DNA from: Candidatus Parcubacteria bacterium | GTDB taxonomy: Bacteria > Patescibacteriota > Minisyncoccia > Phycocordibacterales > PALSA-1337 | Reading direction: 5' to 3' | Length of the DNA: 64,000 bases | NCBI GenBank assembly: GCA_963766795.1 | Contig: CAVYBN010000008.1 | Span: forward strand, 32,696 to 96,695 | Notes under the pieces: model-generated | What the model was told of the DNA's origin: nothing | The model's database searches: none | Seen by the model: the letters and a program-made list of their open reading frames with translations, nothing else | Shown: piece after piece, positions 54,873 to 64,000 of the stretch | Position numbering within the stretch: the first letter of the stretch is position 1 | How the letters are laid out: each line of letters begins with the position of its first letter | Program-made: the position numbers and the translations under genes

Positions 54873-55445
54873 TTAACCATTAACTTTGGCTTGAAACAGG
54901 GGGCTTTCCTTGAGCAGTTCCGCGAACCTGCCGGAGACTCTTTCGCGCCGCTCAATACATTCAATGAGCCACCTATCTATTTCCTCGCGTACGCAAGAAG
55001 CAAGGTCCGCATCGTGGCTAGCGACAAGAACCGTTTCATCGTTTGTCTTCCTGATCACTGATTCCTGTGAAAGGAAGATGTATTTACCCCGTAAGGTGCA
55101 TTTGCCCTGATTGACAAAAATTGTCCTCCACAGAAACCAGTCTCCTTCTCTGTTCAGGAAAAGCAAATTCTTCCTGACTTCCTTGGCCTGAGTGAGATCG
55201 TGCATACAATCGTATGCGAGATGATTACACCTAGCCACGACCCGAAGATAAGTATTGTCAGTGAAACCGAATGGGACCAGCAAGCTATCCTTACGGATTT
55301 CAAATAAGCACCTCTTCCTTCCCGCACAAGTAATCTCCTCTTTGAGGAAGTAATCAGGAACTCGCTTGAAGATAAGATATTCCAAGAGAGGCTTAATCCT
55401 TTGGGACTCTGCAGTTAACGAGAATTTGGACGCATCCGCATTCAT
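54873..55445 (-). CDS. Hypothetical protein
   Basis: 190-aa ORF with lower GC; no family recognised. Confidence 0.4.
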   Translation of the reverse strand: MNADASKFSLTAESQRIKPLLEYLIFKRVPDYFLKEEITCAGRKRCLFEIRKDSLLVPFGFTDNTYLRVVARCNHLAYDCMHDLTQAKEVRKNLLFLNREGDWFLWRTIFVNQGKCTLRGKYIFLSQESVIRKTNDETVLVASHDADLASCVREEIDRWLIECIERRERVSGRFAELLKESPLFQAKVNG

Positions 55446-55529
55446 ATGTTTTTCTATTTATTTTGTTTTTGTTGAACTCTTGCTCTTTGGGACGCATCCC
55501 GCCAAGCAGAACCGAGATTGAATCTAGGC

Positions 55530-57674
55530 CTATTTAGGAACAATGTCAACCACCCTCAACCTCAATTCCGGCCTGCCACGATACATGGATTTCTCGACGG
55601 AAGCGATGAGGTCGAGCGGCTGACCGGCTTTGGCCTTGTCGGCCCACTCGTTATTCACGCCGAAGAATGAGATGGCGGAGACTTTCTTATTGGCACCGAG
55701 ATCAAACGACAATTCGATGTGCTCATTCCCCTTCCCGAACCGTCGCACGCTGGATGGCTTCACGCTTTTGAAAAGAAATGCCGGCTTGCGATTGCCGATG
55801 CCGAACGGCGCCAGCTTATTGATCTCGTCGTGAAGACGATATGTTATTTGGCTCAATTGGAGCTCGGCGTCGATGAAGCTGGCTTCGGAGGCAGAAGATT
55901 CTTCATCAGCCTTGGAAGTGTCGCTCTCTAGATTATCGTTATCGCCATTGCCTGTCATTTTGTCATTCCCGTGCAAACGGGAATCCAGTGTCTTTCCGCT
56001 AGACTTAATCGTTTCACCCTGGACCCCCGCTTTCGCGGGGGTGACAGAAGCGTCTGGCTTCCTGGTCTCAATCTCTGCATCCTTCGCCAATCCTTCTGCA
56101 GCTTCATTCAATCGTTGCTCCAGATAATGGACGGCGTCATTGCTGACGGTGAATCCGCCGGAATGATGATGGCCGCCAAATTGCGTGAGCGTGCCGACCG
56201 GCATGGCGCGCATGAGTTCGACGACATGGGTCTTGCCTTCGGAGCGGCACGAGCCTTTGATGAGATCGTCGCCGTCGCGGCCCCACAGGAAGACCGGCCG
56301 ATGGAATTCTTCGGCGCAGGAATTCGCGGCCAGACCCAGCAATGAAGGCCTCCATTGCGGATTGCCTAGCACGATGACGCTTGGTAAGCCAGATTTTACA
56401 TGCTCGATCTCTGTGATGCTTTCACCTCCAATCGTTGGACCCTGGATTCCCGCTTTCGCGGGAATGACAACACTATTGTCCTTAACTTTTGAGTTTTGAC
56501 TTGCAATTTTGACTTTTGACTTTTGACTTTTGACTTTGCTTGGTTCTTCGCCGTATCTCTCTCTGATCGTCTTTTTTACCTCCTTGACGAGAGACGCCAC
56601 CACGCCTTTCCTTTCATTATTGATCTCATCCAGATGAGCAGCGGCGATGGCACCGGCCTCGTCGGTATCGGCGGCCAGAAGATCGAATGCGTCCATAGGC
56701 ACGCCCATGCGCGAGGCGGCGTTGATGCGCGGCGTGATCATGAAGGCGATATCGTCCTCGGTCAAGTGTTCCTGCGCGATCCGCAATCTCGAGAGGAGTT
56801 GGCGTAGGCCTTTGCGCGGGCTCTTGCGCAAGACCGTGAGGCCATAGTGCGCGAAGACGCGATTCTCGCCTGTAAGCGGCACCATATCCGAGAGCGTGGC
56901 CATGCCGACCAGATCCAAGAACCACTTCTCGTGTCCTTCCTTGAAGCCGGCCGCGGCAAAAAGCGATGAAAGACTTTTGTCGTCTTTCGACTTCTTGATG
57001 ATCGCCTGGATCAGTTTGTAAGCCACACCGGTACCGCAAAGATTTTTGTCGGGATATTTGCAATCAGCCTGCTTGTGATCGACGATAGCGAAGGCTGGCG
57101 GCTTTTCTTCACATCCGGTCTTCTGAGATATCGGCGCTTCATGGTGATCGGTGATGATGACATCCATTTCCAATTCATTGGCGCGCTCGACAGGCTTTAC
57201 GTCAGTTATGCCGCAATCGACCGTGATAAGCAGCTTCACGCCTTGGCTCGCCAATTCTTCTACAGCTTCGATATTCAATCCGAATCCCTCATTATGGCGA
57301 TGTGGGATGTAGATGACGAAATCCTTGAATCCGATGCGCTTGAAGAAGTCATTCCACATGGCGGCGCCGGGAATGCCGTCGGCGTCATAGTCGGCGTATA
57401 TGGCCATCTTTTCGCTGGAAATAAGCGCCTGAATGATCCGTTCGGCCGCTTTCTCGGCGTCTTTCAACAGGAATGGGTCGTGCGTGTCGCGCTCGTAATC
57501 TGGCACCAGGAATCTTTCGGCAGTCTCGGCATCGCTTATCCCGCGGTGGAACAACAGATGCGCGGTAAGGTCAGGCACGCCGGAAAGCGCGTTCCTTTCG
57601 TCTGGGGTCAAGACTCGTCGGATGGAATAGCTCATAAGGCTGAGTATAGCATTTGCTAGAGAATAAAATTTCAA
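55530..57674 (-). CDS. recJ: Single-stranded-DNA-specific exonuclease RecJ with repeat-derived in-frame insertions
   Basis: DHH motifs (ADYDADG, VIITDHH) and DHHA1. Three repeat elements are translated in frame in the linker region. Confidence 0.85.
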   Translation of the reverse strand: MKFYSLANAILSLMSYSIRRVLTPDERNALSGVPDLTAHLLFHRGISDAETAERFLVPDYERDTHDPFLLKDAEKAAERIIQALISSEKMAIYADYDADGIPGAAMWNDFFKRIGFKDFVIYIPHRHNEGFGLNIEAVEELASQGVKLLITVDCGITDVKPVERANELEMDVIITDHHEAPISQKTGCEEKPPAFAIVDHKQADCKYPDKNLCGTGVAYKLIQAIIKKSKDDKSLSSLFAAAGFKEGHEKWFLDLVGMATLSDMVPLTGENRVFAHYGLTVLRKSPRKGLRQLLSRLRIAQEHLTEDDIAFMITPRINAASRMGVPMDAFDLLAADTDEAGAIAAAHLDEINNERKGVVASLVKEVKKTIRERYGEEPSKVKSQKSKVKIASQNSKVKDNSVVIPAKAGIQGPTIGGESITEIEHVKSGLPSVIVLGNPQWRPSLLGLAANSCAEEFHRPVFLWGRDGDDLIKGSCRSEGKTHVVELMRAMPVGTLTQFGGHHHSGGFTVSNDAVHYLEQRLNEAAEGLAKDAEIETRKPDASVTPAKAGVQGETIKSSGKTLDSRLHGNDKMTGNGDNDNLESDTSKADEESSASEASFIDAELQLSQITYRLHDEINKLAPFGIGNRKPAFLFKSVKPSSVRRFGKGNEHIELSFDLGANKKVSAISFFGVNNEWADKAKAGQPLDLIASVEKSMYRGRPELRLRVVDIVPK
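55962..56045. repeat. 84-bp composite palindromic element, in frame inside recJ
   Basis: gtcattcccgtgcaaacgggaatccag, a 30-nt spacer, then ctggacccccgctttcgcgggggtgac. Translated as VTPAKAGVQGETIKSSGKTLDSRLHGND. Confidence 0.85.
56442..56538. repeat. 27-bp half palindromic element plus a single ttttgac heptad arm, in frame inside recJ
   Basis: ctggattcccgctttcgcgggaatgac is translated as VIPAKAGIQ. It is followed by (ttttgac)n, translated as KVKSQKSKVKIASQNSKVK. Confidence 0.8.
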
Positions 57675-57792
57675 AATTCAAATCACAAATTCCAGAAAAG
57701 CTCCAAATTCCAGTAATCAAATGCTGTATGAATTCTGAAGTTTGGATTTTGTGATTTTTCTGGAATTTGGATTTTGAAATTTGGATTTTTCC
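57668..57792. repeat. Heptad-word hairpin spacer, family A
   Basis: tcaaatcacaaattccagaaaagctccaaattcc opposes ggattttgtgatttttctggaatttggattttgaaatttgg. Confidence 0.8.
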
Positions 57793-57832
57793 ATGGTTGA
57801 TGAAAATGACTAGATTGCGTTAAAATATCGAC

Positions 57833-58216
57833 ATGAACGACTGCATCTTCTGTAAGATCGTAAAGAAGGAGATACCCGCGCACATCGTCTATGAAGACGA
57901 CGACTTCATGGCCTTCCTCGACATCCATCCGCATACCGTCGGCCACGTGCAGGTCATCCCCAAGAAGCATTACCGCTGGGTCTGGGACATTCCCGCCGAC
58001 CGTAAGAGCCAGCCAAGCATCGCCTCGTATTTCGAGGCTGTGGCGAAGATCGCTCGCGCGCAACGCAAGGCTTTCGATACCGATTGGATCCTGAGCAAGA
58101 TCGTCGGCGACGAAGTGCCGCACGCCCATATCTGGGTCTTCCCGAGCGACAAGGTCAAAGGCGATAAGATGGATTTTGAAACAAATAAAAAGAAGATCAC
58201 AGAGAATCTGGAGTAG
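57833..58216 (+). CDS. HIT-family (histidine triad) protein
   Basis: CIFCKIV and the HAHIWVFP histidine triad. Confidence 0.85.
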   Translation: MNDCIFCKIVKKEIPAHIVYEDDDFMAFLDIHPHTVGHVQVIPKKHYRWVWDIPADRKSQPSIASYFEAVAKIARAQRKAFDTDWILSKIVGDEVPHAHIWVFPSDKVKGDKMDFETNKKKITENLE

Positions 58217-58317
58217 AGATTAGAGACGCGATAAAAAATCCCGCGGACCGGATATGCATCGGAGCGGCGGGAGTGTGTGATCGATTTAAGCGTGCGGTCA
58301 GGCGGCTAGTGAATGCT

Positions 58318-58686
58318 TCAGCACTTCGGTATCGGAGTGCAGATGACGCTGACTCTGACTTGAAAGTCAGGATCGAGCTTGCGGATCTTCTGATCACCGA
58401 CCAGTTGGAGCGCGCCTTGGATTTCTGCCGCATACAAGAATCGTTTCTTTTCTGTCTCCGCGCGTTCTTTCAGTCGCCCAAGATATTCTTGGTACGCCCT
58501 CCATTTTTCGCCCCTGAATCGTTTGAACCGCTTCCTAAAATCGGCGGGCAACGGTTCATCCAGATATCGCGTGTACCAATCCAACATCCATTGTTTGAGC
58601 TCCTCGCCATAATCCTTGGCACAACCGTCGTGGTCGTGATCGCAGGCGTCATGCCCGCAGAATGCGCATTTGACTATACATGCCAT
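58318..58686 (-). CDS. Hypothetical protein with a Cys/His-rich N-terminus
   Basis: MACIVKCAFCGHDACDHDHDGC...; no family recognised. Confidence 0.4.
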   Translation of the reverse strand: MACIVKCAFCGHDACDHDHDGCAKDYGEELKQWMLDWYTRYLDEPLPADFRKRFKRFRGEKWRAYQEYLGRLKERAETEKKRFLYAAEIQGALQLVGDQKIRKLDPDFQVRVSVICTPIPKC

Positions 58687-58802
58687 AAAAAGTTCCTTTC
58701 ATTTTCGTTGTTGATTGTCTGCCAAGAAGATTACGCCCAATCATAATCAAGTCAAGTGCCAATGACTTTCAATCTTCAATCGTAATCTTCAATATTCAAT
58801 TG

Positions 58803-59957
58803 TCACGCCTGCGAATCTTCCAATGCTTCTATCCCCGGCAGCGTCCCTTTCGCCAGAAAATCCAGCATCGCGCCGCCGGCGGTCGAGACGAAAGAAAATT
58901 TGTCGGCGATGCCGAGCGAGGCGATGGCAGCCAAGGTATCTCCCCCGCCGACGATCGTCTCCGCGCCATGGAATGTAGCTTCGCCGATCATCTCTGCCAA
59001 ATCCAATGTCGGCTGACGAAAGCCGTCTTCGTACATGCCTAAAGGGCCATTCCAGAGGATGAATTTAGAAGCATTAACTTTTTCTTGAAGCATCGCGACA
59101 GTTTTCGACCCTGAATCCGCGATTGCATCATTTGATGTCAGTGAATCGGGCGATTTGACCGTTTTATCTTTTAACTCGACGTCAACCGGTAAAAGAAGCT
59201 TGGGATTGCCGACGAACTTTTCCAGATCGTGAATCGTGAATTTTGAGTCAATTAAATCAGAAACCAATGACTTCCCCGTCTCCCAGCCTTTGGTCTTGAA
59301 GAGATCGCTTGCCAAAGCGCCACCGACGAATACCATATCGGCGATTTCCATGAATTTCGAAAGCAGAGGCAGCTTGGTCTCGAATTTGGCGCCGCCGAGG
59401 ATGAACAGGAATGGATGCGCCGGGTTGAAAACCTTGGAAAGATTCGCGACCTCTTTTTCCAACTCGAATCCGGCATAGCTCGGGATATATTTCGGCAAGC
59501 TGACGATCGAGGCATGCTCGCGATGGCAGACCGAGAAAGCCTCATTCACGAAAATGTCCGCCAGCGAAGCCAATTCTTTCGCGAATTTTTGGTCATTGGC
59601 TTTTTCTCCGTCAAAAGTGCGAAGATTCTCGATCAGCATGCATCCGCTCTCGGGCAATTCGTTCTCGATAAGATCATTGGCCGCGCGGATATTCTTGACG
59701 AACATCACAGGCAGGCCGATCTTCGTCTTCAAATAGTCCGCCACAGGCTGGAGCGAAGGGATGCTCCCGTCGTTCGACTCCAGATGGCTGATCAAGATGA
59801 TCTTTGCTCCTTTGGCGCGCAGGAAATCGATCGTCGGCATAGCGGCTTTGATGCGCGTATCGTCCGCCACCGCGCCATTCTTGATCGGCACGTTCCAATC
59901 CACGCGCACGAGGACCTTCACGCCTTTGAGATGTTCGATGTCGTTGAGGGTTTTCAT
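58803..59957 (-). CDS. pgk: Phosphoglycerate kinase
   Basis: 384 aa; VRVDWNVP, SHL, GGAKFETK and STAGGAMLDFL. Confidence 0.95.
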   Translation of the reverse strand: MKTLNDIEHLKGVKVLVRVDWNVPIKNGAVADDTRIKAAMPTIDFLRAKGAKIILISHLESNDGSIPSLQPVADYLKTKIGLPVMFVKNIRAANDLIENELPESGCMLIENLRTFDGEKANDQKFAKELASLADIFVNEAFSVCHREHASIVSLPKYIPSYAGFELEKEVANLSKVFNPAHPFLFILGGAKFETKLPLLSKFMEIADMVFVGGALASDLFKTKGWETGKSLVSDLIDSKFTIHDLEKFVGNPKLLLPVDVELKDKTVKSPDSLTSNDAIADSGSKTVAMLQEKVNASKFILWNGPLGMYEDGFRQPTLDLAEMIGEATFHGAETIVGGGDTLAAIASLGIADKFSFVSTAGGAMLDFLAKGTLPGIEALEDSQA

Positions 59958-59962
59958 TCGAA

Positions 59963-60730
59963 TTATATATTGTCGACGGCCTTCAACAGTTCCATGAATC
60001 CTGGCATGTTGACGCTCTCGCGGCCGACCAAGAGACCGTCCACGCGGCCGGTCCTGATGATCTCGCCGGCATTCCTGAAATTGACCGCGCCGCCGTAGAG
60101 AACTTTGAGCTTGAGGCCAGCCTCGGCTCCGAAGAGGTCGGCGAAGGTCTTCTTGACGAAGATCGCCATCTCATTGATGTCGGCCGTCGCCATGGCTTCC
60201 TTGGCTCCGACGGCCCAGACCGGCTCGTAAGCGATGATCACGCGCTTGGCCTTGTCCTCGGCTATGCCCTCGAAAGAGCCCTTGATCTGGTTCTTCAGGA
60301 ATTCGAAATGGCCGCCGTTCTCGTCGCGGGCTTTCTCGCCGACGCAGACCACGGCCGTCATGCCTGAATCCAGGATGCGGGCGATCTTTTTTGAGACGAT
60401 CGAGTCGGTCTCGCCGGAAGCCCGCGCCTCGGAATGGCCCGCGATCGCGTATTCCGCGCCGAGGCTCCGGAGCATGGCCGCCGAGACTTCCCCGGTATGC
60501 GCGCCGCCGTCTTCGATCGACACCGATTGCGCGCCGATGTGGAAATTCGCGCCGGGATTGCGCGAGATCGCCGCCGCGATGAACGGGAATGGCGGGCAGA
60601 CTACGGCTTCGGCATGCGCGAGCCGCGCCGCGACCGCCCTCGTCCGCCGGGCGATCCGCTTGGCGTCTTCGAAGCCGGCCGGGTTCATCTTCCAATTGCC
60701 GATGATGAGATGGCGAGATGACATGAGCAT
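59963..60730 (-). CDS. tpiA: Triosephosphate isomerase
   Basis: IIGNWKMN, GHSEAR, AYEPVWAVG and YGGAV. Confidence 0.95.
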   Translation of the reverse strand: MLMSSRHLIIGNWKMNPAGFEDAKRIARRTRAVAARLAHAEAVVCPPFPFIAAAISRNPGANFHIGAQSVSIEDGGAHTGEVSAAMLRSLGAEYAIAGHSEARASGETDSIVSKKIARILDSGMTAVVCVGEKARDENGGHFEFLKNQIKGSFEGIAEDKAKRVIIAYEPVWAVGAKEAMATADINEMAIFVKKTFADLFGAEAGLKLKVLYGGAVNFRNAGEIIRTGRVDGLLVGRESVNMPGFMELLKAVDNI

Positions 60731-60744
60731 TAGTTTAGCATAAA

Positions 60745-60975
60745 TAAGAATTTCTAATTGACCTAATTAATCTAATTCCTAAATAAATCCCAAATCCCAA
60801 AAATCAAGCTCCAGAAAAATTCCAAATTACAATAATCAAAATCGCAAATCTTATTTTGGAATTTGAATTTTGAGATTTCTCTGGAATCTGTGACTTGAAT
60901 TTTGAGATTTTAATTGGTAATTGGGATTTTCTTAGGTCAATTAGATCAATTAGAAATTAGGTCAATTCCAATCGT
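60745..60975. repeat. Heptad-word hairpin spacer, family A, with additional outer arms (about 230 nt)
   Basis: The outer arm aatttctaattgacctaattaatc opposes ggtcaattagatcaattagaaatt. The inner arms are of the family A type. Confidence 0.75.
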
Positions 60976-60977
60976 TC

Positions 60978-62615
60978 TTACTGCACCTGATCCCACGAGA
61001 TCATCTGATATTGGCTCGAGGCTAAGGGGAAAGTCGGCGGCGGCGCGTAGAGCAAGTTGCTATCGTAAGTGATGTTGCGGATCTGATATCCGGTATTGTC
61101 AGTGTAAGCGAAGCCGTAGCGATTATTCGTGGCGATCATGCCATTCAGGTTGATCGTCGATCGGACATGGAAATCCGTGCTATTCACCGTGCAATCGTTG
61201 TCATAATAGAAGCGCCCGATGCGGCCATTCTCGGCGACCAAGGCGGCGTCGACCGTCAGAACGTCTTCGGAGAGCAGGCCGACGTTGATATTCCCTTGGG
61301 CGATGAGACCGATCGTGTCGCGGCCGTCGAAATAGGTGTAGAGCAGATTGCCGCCGGTCGAAGCGTTTCCGTTATCTTGCCCGATCGTGATGTTCGGCTC
61401 ATTGCCGGGACTGTCTGGGAATGTCCCGGCGGCGATCGTCAATCGGCTGCCGCTCACCTGCCCGTCGATCCAGAGATCGTCTTCGACGAAGATGACTCCG
61501 TTCCCCGGATTCGGCCAGGAATGATCGCTATTCGGGCCGTTCACTTGCGTCTGGCTGTTGTTGCCCCCACTACCCGTGGTGATCTGACCAGAGTTGTTGA
61601 CCTTGATGCTCCAAGTCCCCCACTGGGTCTGGTTGTTGCTGTTCGTGCAATTGTTCGGGACCGATTGAAGGCCATTGATCTTGTACATGTTGTAAGTGCC
61701 GTTGGGATTCATGACCATGTGATAGCCCTGCGCGCCGGACGGCGGCCAATCCTTGCCGCCGGATTGCGCGGCGGTCTGCAATTGCTGGAGATTGACGGTC
61801 AGGCCGGGAAAATCGGTGGCCGGCACCGGGAATTGCCTACCCGCGGTGAAAACATCGGGCCGAGGGGATTCTGCCGTCGGCGGATGTGGATCGTCGGTTC
61901 CGACTGAAGTCCAGACTCCCCATTCGGTCAGCCCGGTATCGGGATCAGTGTAAGTATTTTGGGCGCTGGAGATGATGTTGTAAGCCGTGCCGTCGAAGCG
62001 GATGCCATAGTTGGAGGTGACCGGACCATAGACCGCCGTGCCTGCGCCGAAGCGCAGATAATCGTCGGCCACCACTGAATATTGCGCCAAGGACGGGATG
62101 GCCATGGTCGCCTGGACGATGCGCTTGACCGTCGGATTGGCCGTGGTCGTAGCCGTGGAAGTGATGACGACTTTGGTCGAACCCGTCGGAGGAGAAGTGA
62201 TCGACAAGGCGTATGAGCCGAGCAGGTTGCCGTCCTTGTCGTAGAACTTATGATAATAAGGGCCGGAATTATTCGTGCCGTCCTTATAATCAGTCGGCAA
62301 TTGCGCCAAGTGCCAGCGATAATAGTCGATGCCGGCTTCGGCGATCTGGAACGCTTGTTCTCGCGTTTGAACCGTGCGGATGCCGGCGAGCATGGACACT
62401 CCCCAATTGGTCAGGCCTGTCAGGATCGTCACTGCCACAGCCGCGAAGACCAGGACCACCACGAGGATGTCGCCTTTTGAGGCATTGTCACCCCCGCGAA
62501 AGCGGGGGTCCAGGGGATTACCATTAACGTCATCGGTGAAACACTGGATTCCCGCTTCCGCGGGAATGACAAAAACGCTTTTCTCCCTTTCTTCGTTTCT
62601 TCTTTTCTGCTTCAT
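60978..62615 (-). CDS. PilX-like / minor pilin-like large extracellular protein with an in-frame 84-bp element near the N-terminus
   Basis: A hydrophobic N-terminal helix (ILVVVLVFAAVAVTILTGL) follows the repeat-encoded segment. An ATGA overlap joins it to the upstream pilin-like gene. Confidence 0.55.
   Translation of the reverse strand: MKQKRRNEEREKSVFVIPAEAGIQCFTDDVNGNPLDPRFRGGDNASKGDILVVVLVFAAVAVTILTGLTNWGVSMLAGIRTVQTREQAFQIAEAGIDYYRWHLAQLPTDYKDGTNNSGPYYHKFYDKDGNLLGSYALSITSPPTGSTKVVITSTATTTANPTVKRIVQATMAIPSLAQYSVVADDYLRFGAGTAVYGPVTSNYGIRFDGTAYNIISSAQNTYTDPDTGLTEWGVWTSVGTDDPHPPTAESPRPDVFTAGRQFPVPATDFPGLTVNLQQLQTAAQSGGKDWPPSGAQGYHMVMNPNGTYNMYKINGLQSVPNNCTNSNNQTQWGTWSIKVNNSGQITTGSGGNNSQTQVNGPNSDHSWPNPGNGVIFVEDDLWIDGQVSGSRLTIAAGTFPDSPGNEPNITIGQDNGNASTGGNLLYTYFDGRDTIGLIAQGNINVGLLSEDVLTVDAALVAENGRIGRFYYDNDCTVNSTDFHVRSTINLNGMIATNNRYGFAYTDNTGYQIRNITYDSNLLYAPPPTFPLASSQYQMISWDQVQ
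62487..62570. repeat. 84-bp composite palindromic element, in frame in the PilX-like gene
   Basis: gtcacccccgcgaaagcgggggtccag, a 30-nt spacer, then ctggattcccgcttccgcgggaatgac. Translated as VIPAEAGIQCFTDDVNGNPLDPRFRGGD. Confidence 0.85.
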
Positions 62616-63232
62616 AAGTTTGTCTTCAGATTGCGCAATGCCGCTTGCGTCGAATAAGTGCGCGGCTGTGACGGCGGCTTGCCGTTCGGATTGGGGTTGA
62701 GCGTCAAGGCGATCTTGATGAGCGTGACCGACGAGAGGTTCACCGGCTGTGAGAGAGGCGAGCTGGTGCCGGTATAATTCTGATTATAGTACTGAAAGAT
62801 CGGCGATGAGGTGGCGTTGTAGACGCTAGTCAATACGGTGGTGGTCGATTGGTTGGCGGGATTATAAGTAACCGGAGAACCGGATGGCATGATGACGCCA
62901 CGATACAGGGTCGTGCCCTTGAGCGCGTAGGTTATCTCCTCGATGGTGCTGGTTGAGATCGGGCTCGAGAAGAAGGTCAGGGTGCTGGTGCCAGCCGTGA
63001 CCAGCGGGTAGACGCCGTTCGCGGAAAGCGCCATCGAGCGTATCTCCAAGAGCATGGTCTTCAGTATGACCTCGGCGTTCTGCGCCGTCTGCAAAGAATT
63101 AGAAACGGCCTGCTGATTCGACAGCGTGTTCGCATAGAAGGCGAAGATCGCCACCGAAGCTACCGCGAAGATCGCGATGGAGATGAATACTTCCACCAAG
63201 GTGAAGCCGCGAGAGTATGGAAGAGCTTGCAT
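62612..63232 (-). CDS. Type IV pilin-like protein (prepilin N-terminal methylation motif)
   Basis: RGFTLVEVFISIAIFAV. Confidence 0.75.
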   Translation of the reverse strand: MQALPYSRGFTLVEVFISIAIFAVASVAIFAFYANTLSNQQAVSNSLQTAQNAEVILKTMLLEIRSMALSANGVYPLVTAGTSTLTFFSSPISTSTIEEITYALKGTTLYRGVIMPSGSPVTYNPANQSTTTVLTSVYNATSSPIFQYYNQNYTGTSSPLSQPVNLSSVTLIKIALTLNPNPNGKPPSQPRTYSTQAALRNLKTNL

Positions 63233-63290
63233 ATGCCTCTATTGTAATGCCAAAAGAGATATTGAGGAAGCGGACGTTTATAGATGATAA

Positions 63291-63731
63291 TCACAAAGCC
63301 TCCTGTGCGGTTGGTTTGACCATGCGACTGGCTTTTACCCCGTCGACCACTTTCTTGAGAAGACTCTTTTCCAGTACAGGATAATCGCAACTTCCATTGG
63401 ATTCATTGATTAATTCGATCAGTCTCTCTTTGGTGGTGTAGATAAGCCGGTTACAATCAATGCCGGCGTTATCTCTTGATGGCAAAAAGGGACATTCTCC
63501 CTTTTCTATAGCCACGTAAGTATTTATGTTTAACTTTTTTATCCCGATGAACTTCAATACTTTTTCCTTTTTTGTCGTAAAGGGTGCCAAGTTGATCTCA
63601 CTGTCTTTTTGTGGATTCCTGTTAAGGACAACGTAATAGTGATTGACAACGCCGTCTTTCGGAGAAAAGTTATAGACGCGCCCCTGCTCTATGCCTAATG
63701 ACACCTTTATTTCATTTGACATCTCAACCAT
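63291..63731 (-). CDS. Hypothetical protein (weak MazF/PemK-like N-terminal pattern)
   Basis: GRVYNFSPKDG...HYYVVLNRN...INLAPFTT; low GC. It follows a short upstream ORF, as in a toxin-antitoxin pair. Confidence 0.3.
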   Translation of the reverse strand: MVEMSNEIKVSLGIEQGRVYNFSPKDGVVNHYYVVLNRNPQKDSEINLAPFTTKKEKVLKFIGIKKLNINTYVAIEKGECPFLPSRDNAGIDCNRLIYTTKERLIELINESNGSCDYPVLEKSLLKKVVDGVKASRMVKPTAQEAL

Positions 63732-63748
63732 GGTCGGCGTATCAAATG

Positions 63749-64000
63749 TTATACGAGCTGTGTTTTTTGCTCTAGAGACTCAGCAAATAAGTCACGGGAT
63801 AGATCTAACATCGCACTAGATTGAGAGTAGATCTTTTCTAGGATCTTATTCTCTGAAGGCTTAAAGAGGTCCGAAACATCCAAACTCACGACACGGGCAT
63901 CTTCATCTTCGATCTCATATTTATGTCTTTTCCATTCTGGGAGCTCGTGAGTAAGGTCGGCAAGCTCATACTCAGTCTTTTCCCCGACGGCAGCCAGTAC
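63749..64000 (-). CDS. Partial ORF (C-terminal 83 aa; 5' end outside the window); unknown function
   Basis: Open to the window edge, with a TAA stop at 63749-63751. Confidence 0.3.
   Translation of the reverse strand, partial: VLAAVGEKTEYELADLTHELPEWKRHKYEIEDEDARVVSLDVSDLFKPSENKILEKIYSQSSAMLDLSRDLFAESLEQKTQLV

Overview
All calls were made by eye from the sequence and the ORF track; no searches were run. The window looks like part of a small bacterial genome with Candidate Phyla Radiation (Patescibacteria)-like traits (inference). The backbone is on the minus strand. It is the str-S10-spc ribosomal-protein superoperon: rpsL-rpsG-fusA-tuf-rpsJ-rplC-rplD-rplW-rplB-rpsS-rplV-rpsC-rplP-rpmC-rpsQ-rplN-rplX-rplE-rpsN-rpsH-rplF-rplR-rpsE-rplO-secY-adk-map, with no rpmD. 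ndk and a beta-CASP hydrolase lie at the low end. rpmB, a split comEC, a SOD-like gene, rnhA, recJ, HIT, pgk, tpiA and type IV pilin-like genes lie at the high end. Lower-GC accessory islands break the operon in five places.

Main observations:
1. A complete diversity-generating retroelement (DGR): RT, Avd-like protein and a 97-bp TR/VR pair with 16 adenine-only mismatches. A C10 tract sits in the overlapping 5' ends of the RT and avd genes.
2. Many toxin-antitoxin or defence-type modules: two DUF4065/Panacea pairs, AbiEi/AbiEii, RelE/RelB-like, a fused MNT-HEPN, a HEPN protein, an HNH endonuclease and two DUF3800 genes.
3. Two IS elements, each with 8-bp target duplications.
4. Long imperfect hairpins built from roughly 7-nt periodic words fill most intergenic junctions of the operon. 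In the macAB-like operon, two of them bracket whole cargo ORFs, one being a 23S-IVS/Avd-like four-helix-bundle protein.
5. A GC-rich palindromic element of 27 or 84 bp is inserted in frame in recJ, rnhA and a PilX-like gene.
6. There are many frame breaks. About 15 fall in fusA alone. Single breaks occur in tuf, rplF, the MacA-like adaptor, a histidine kinase and a DUF3800 gene, and two occur in a large surface protein. I cannot tell assembly error, pseudogenisation and recoding apart from sequence alone.

No rRNA, tRNA or CRISPR array was recognised.
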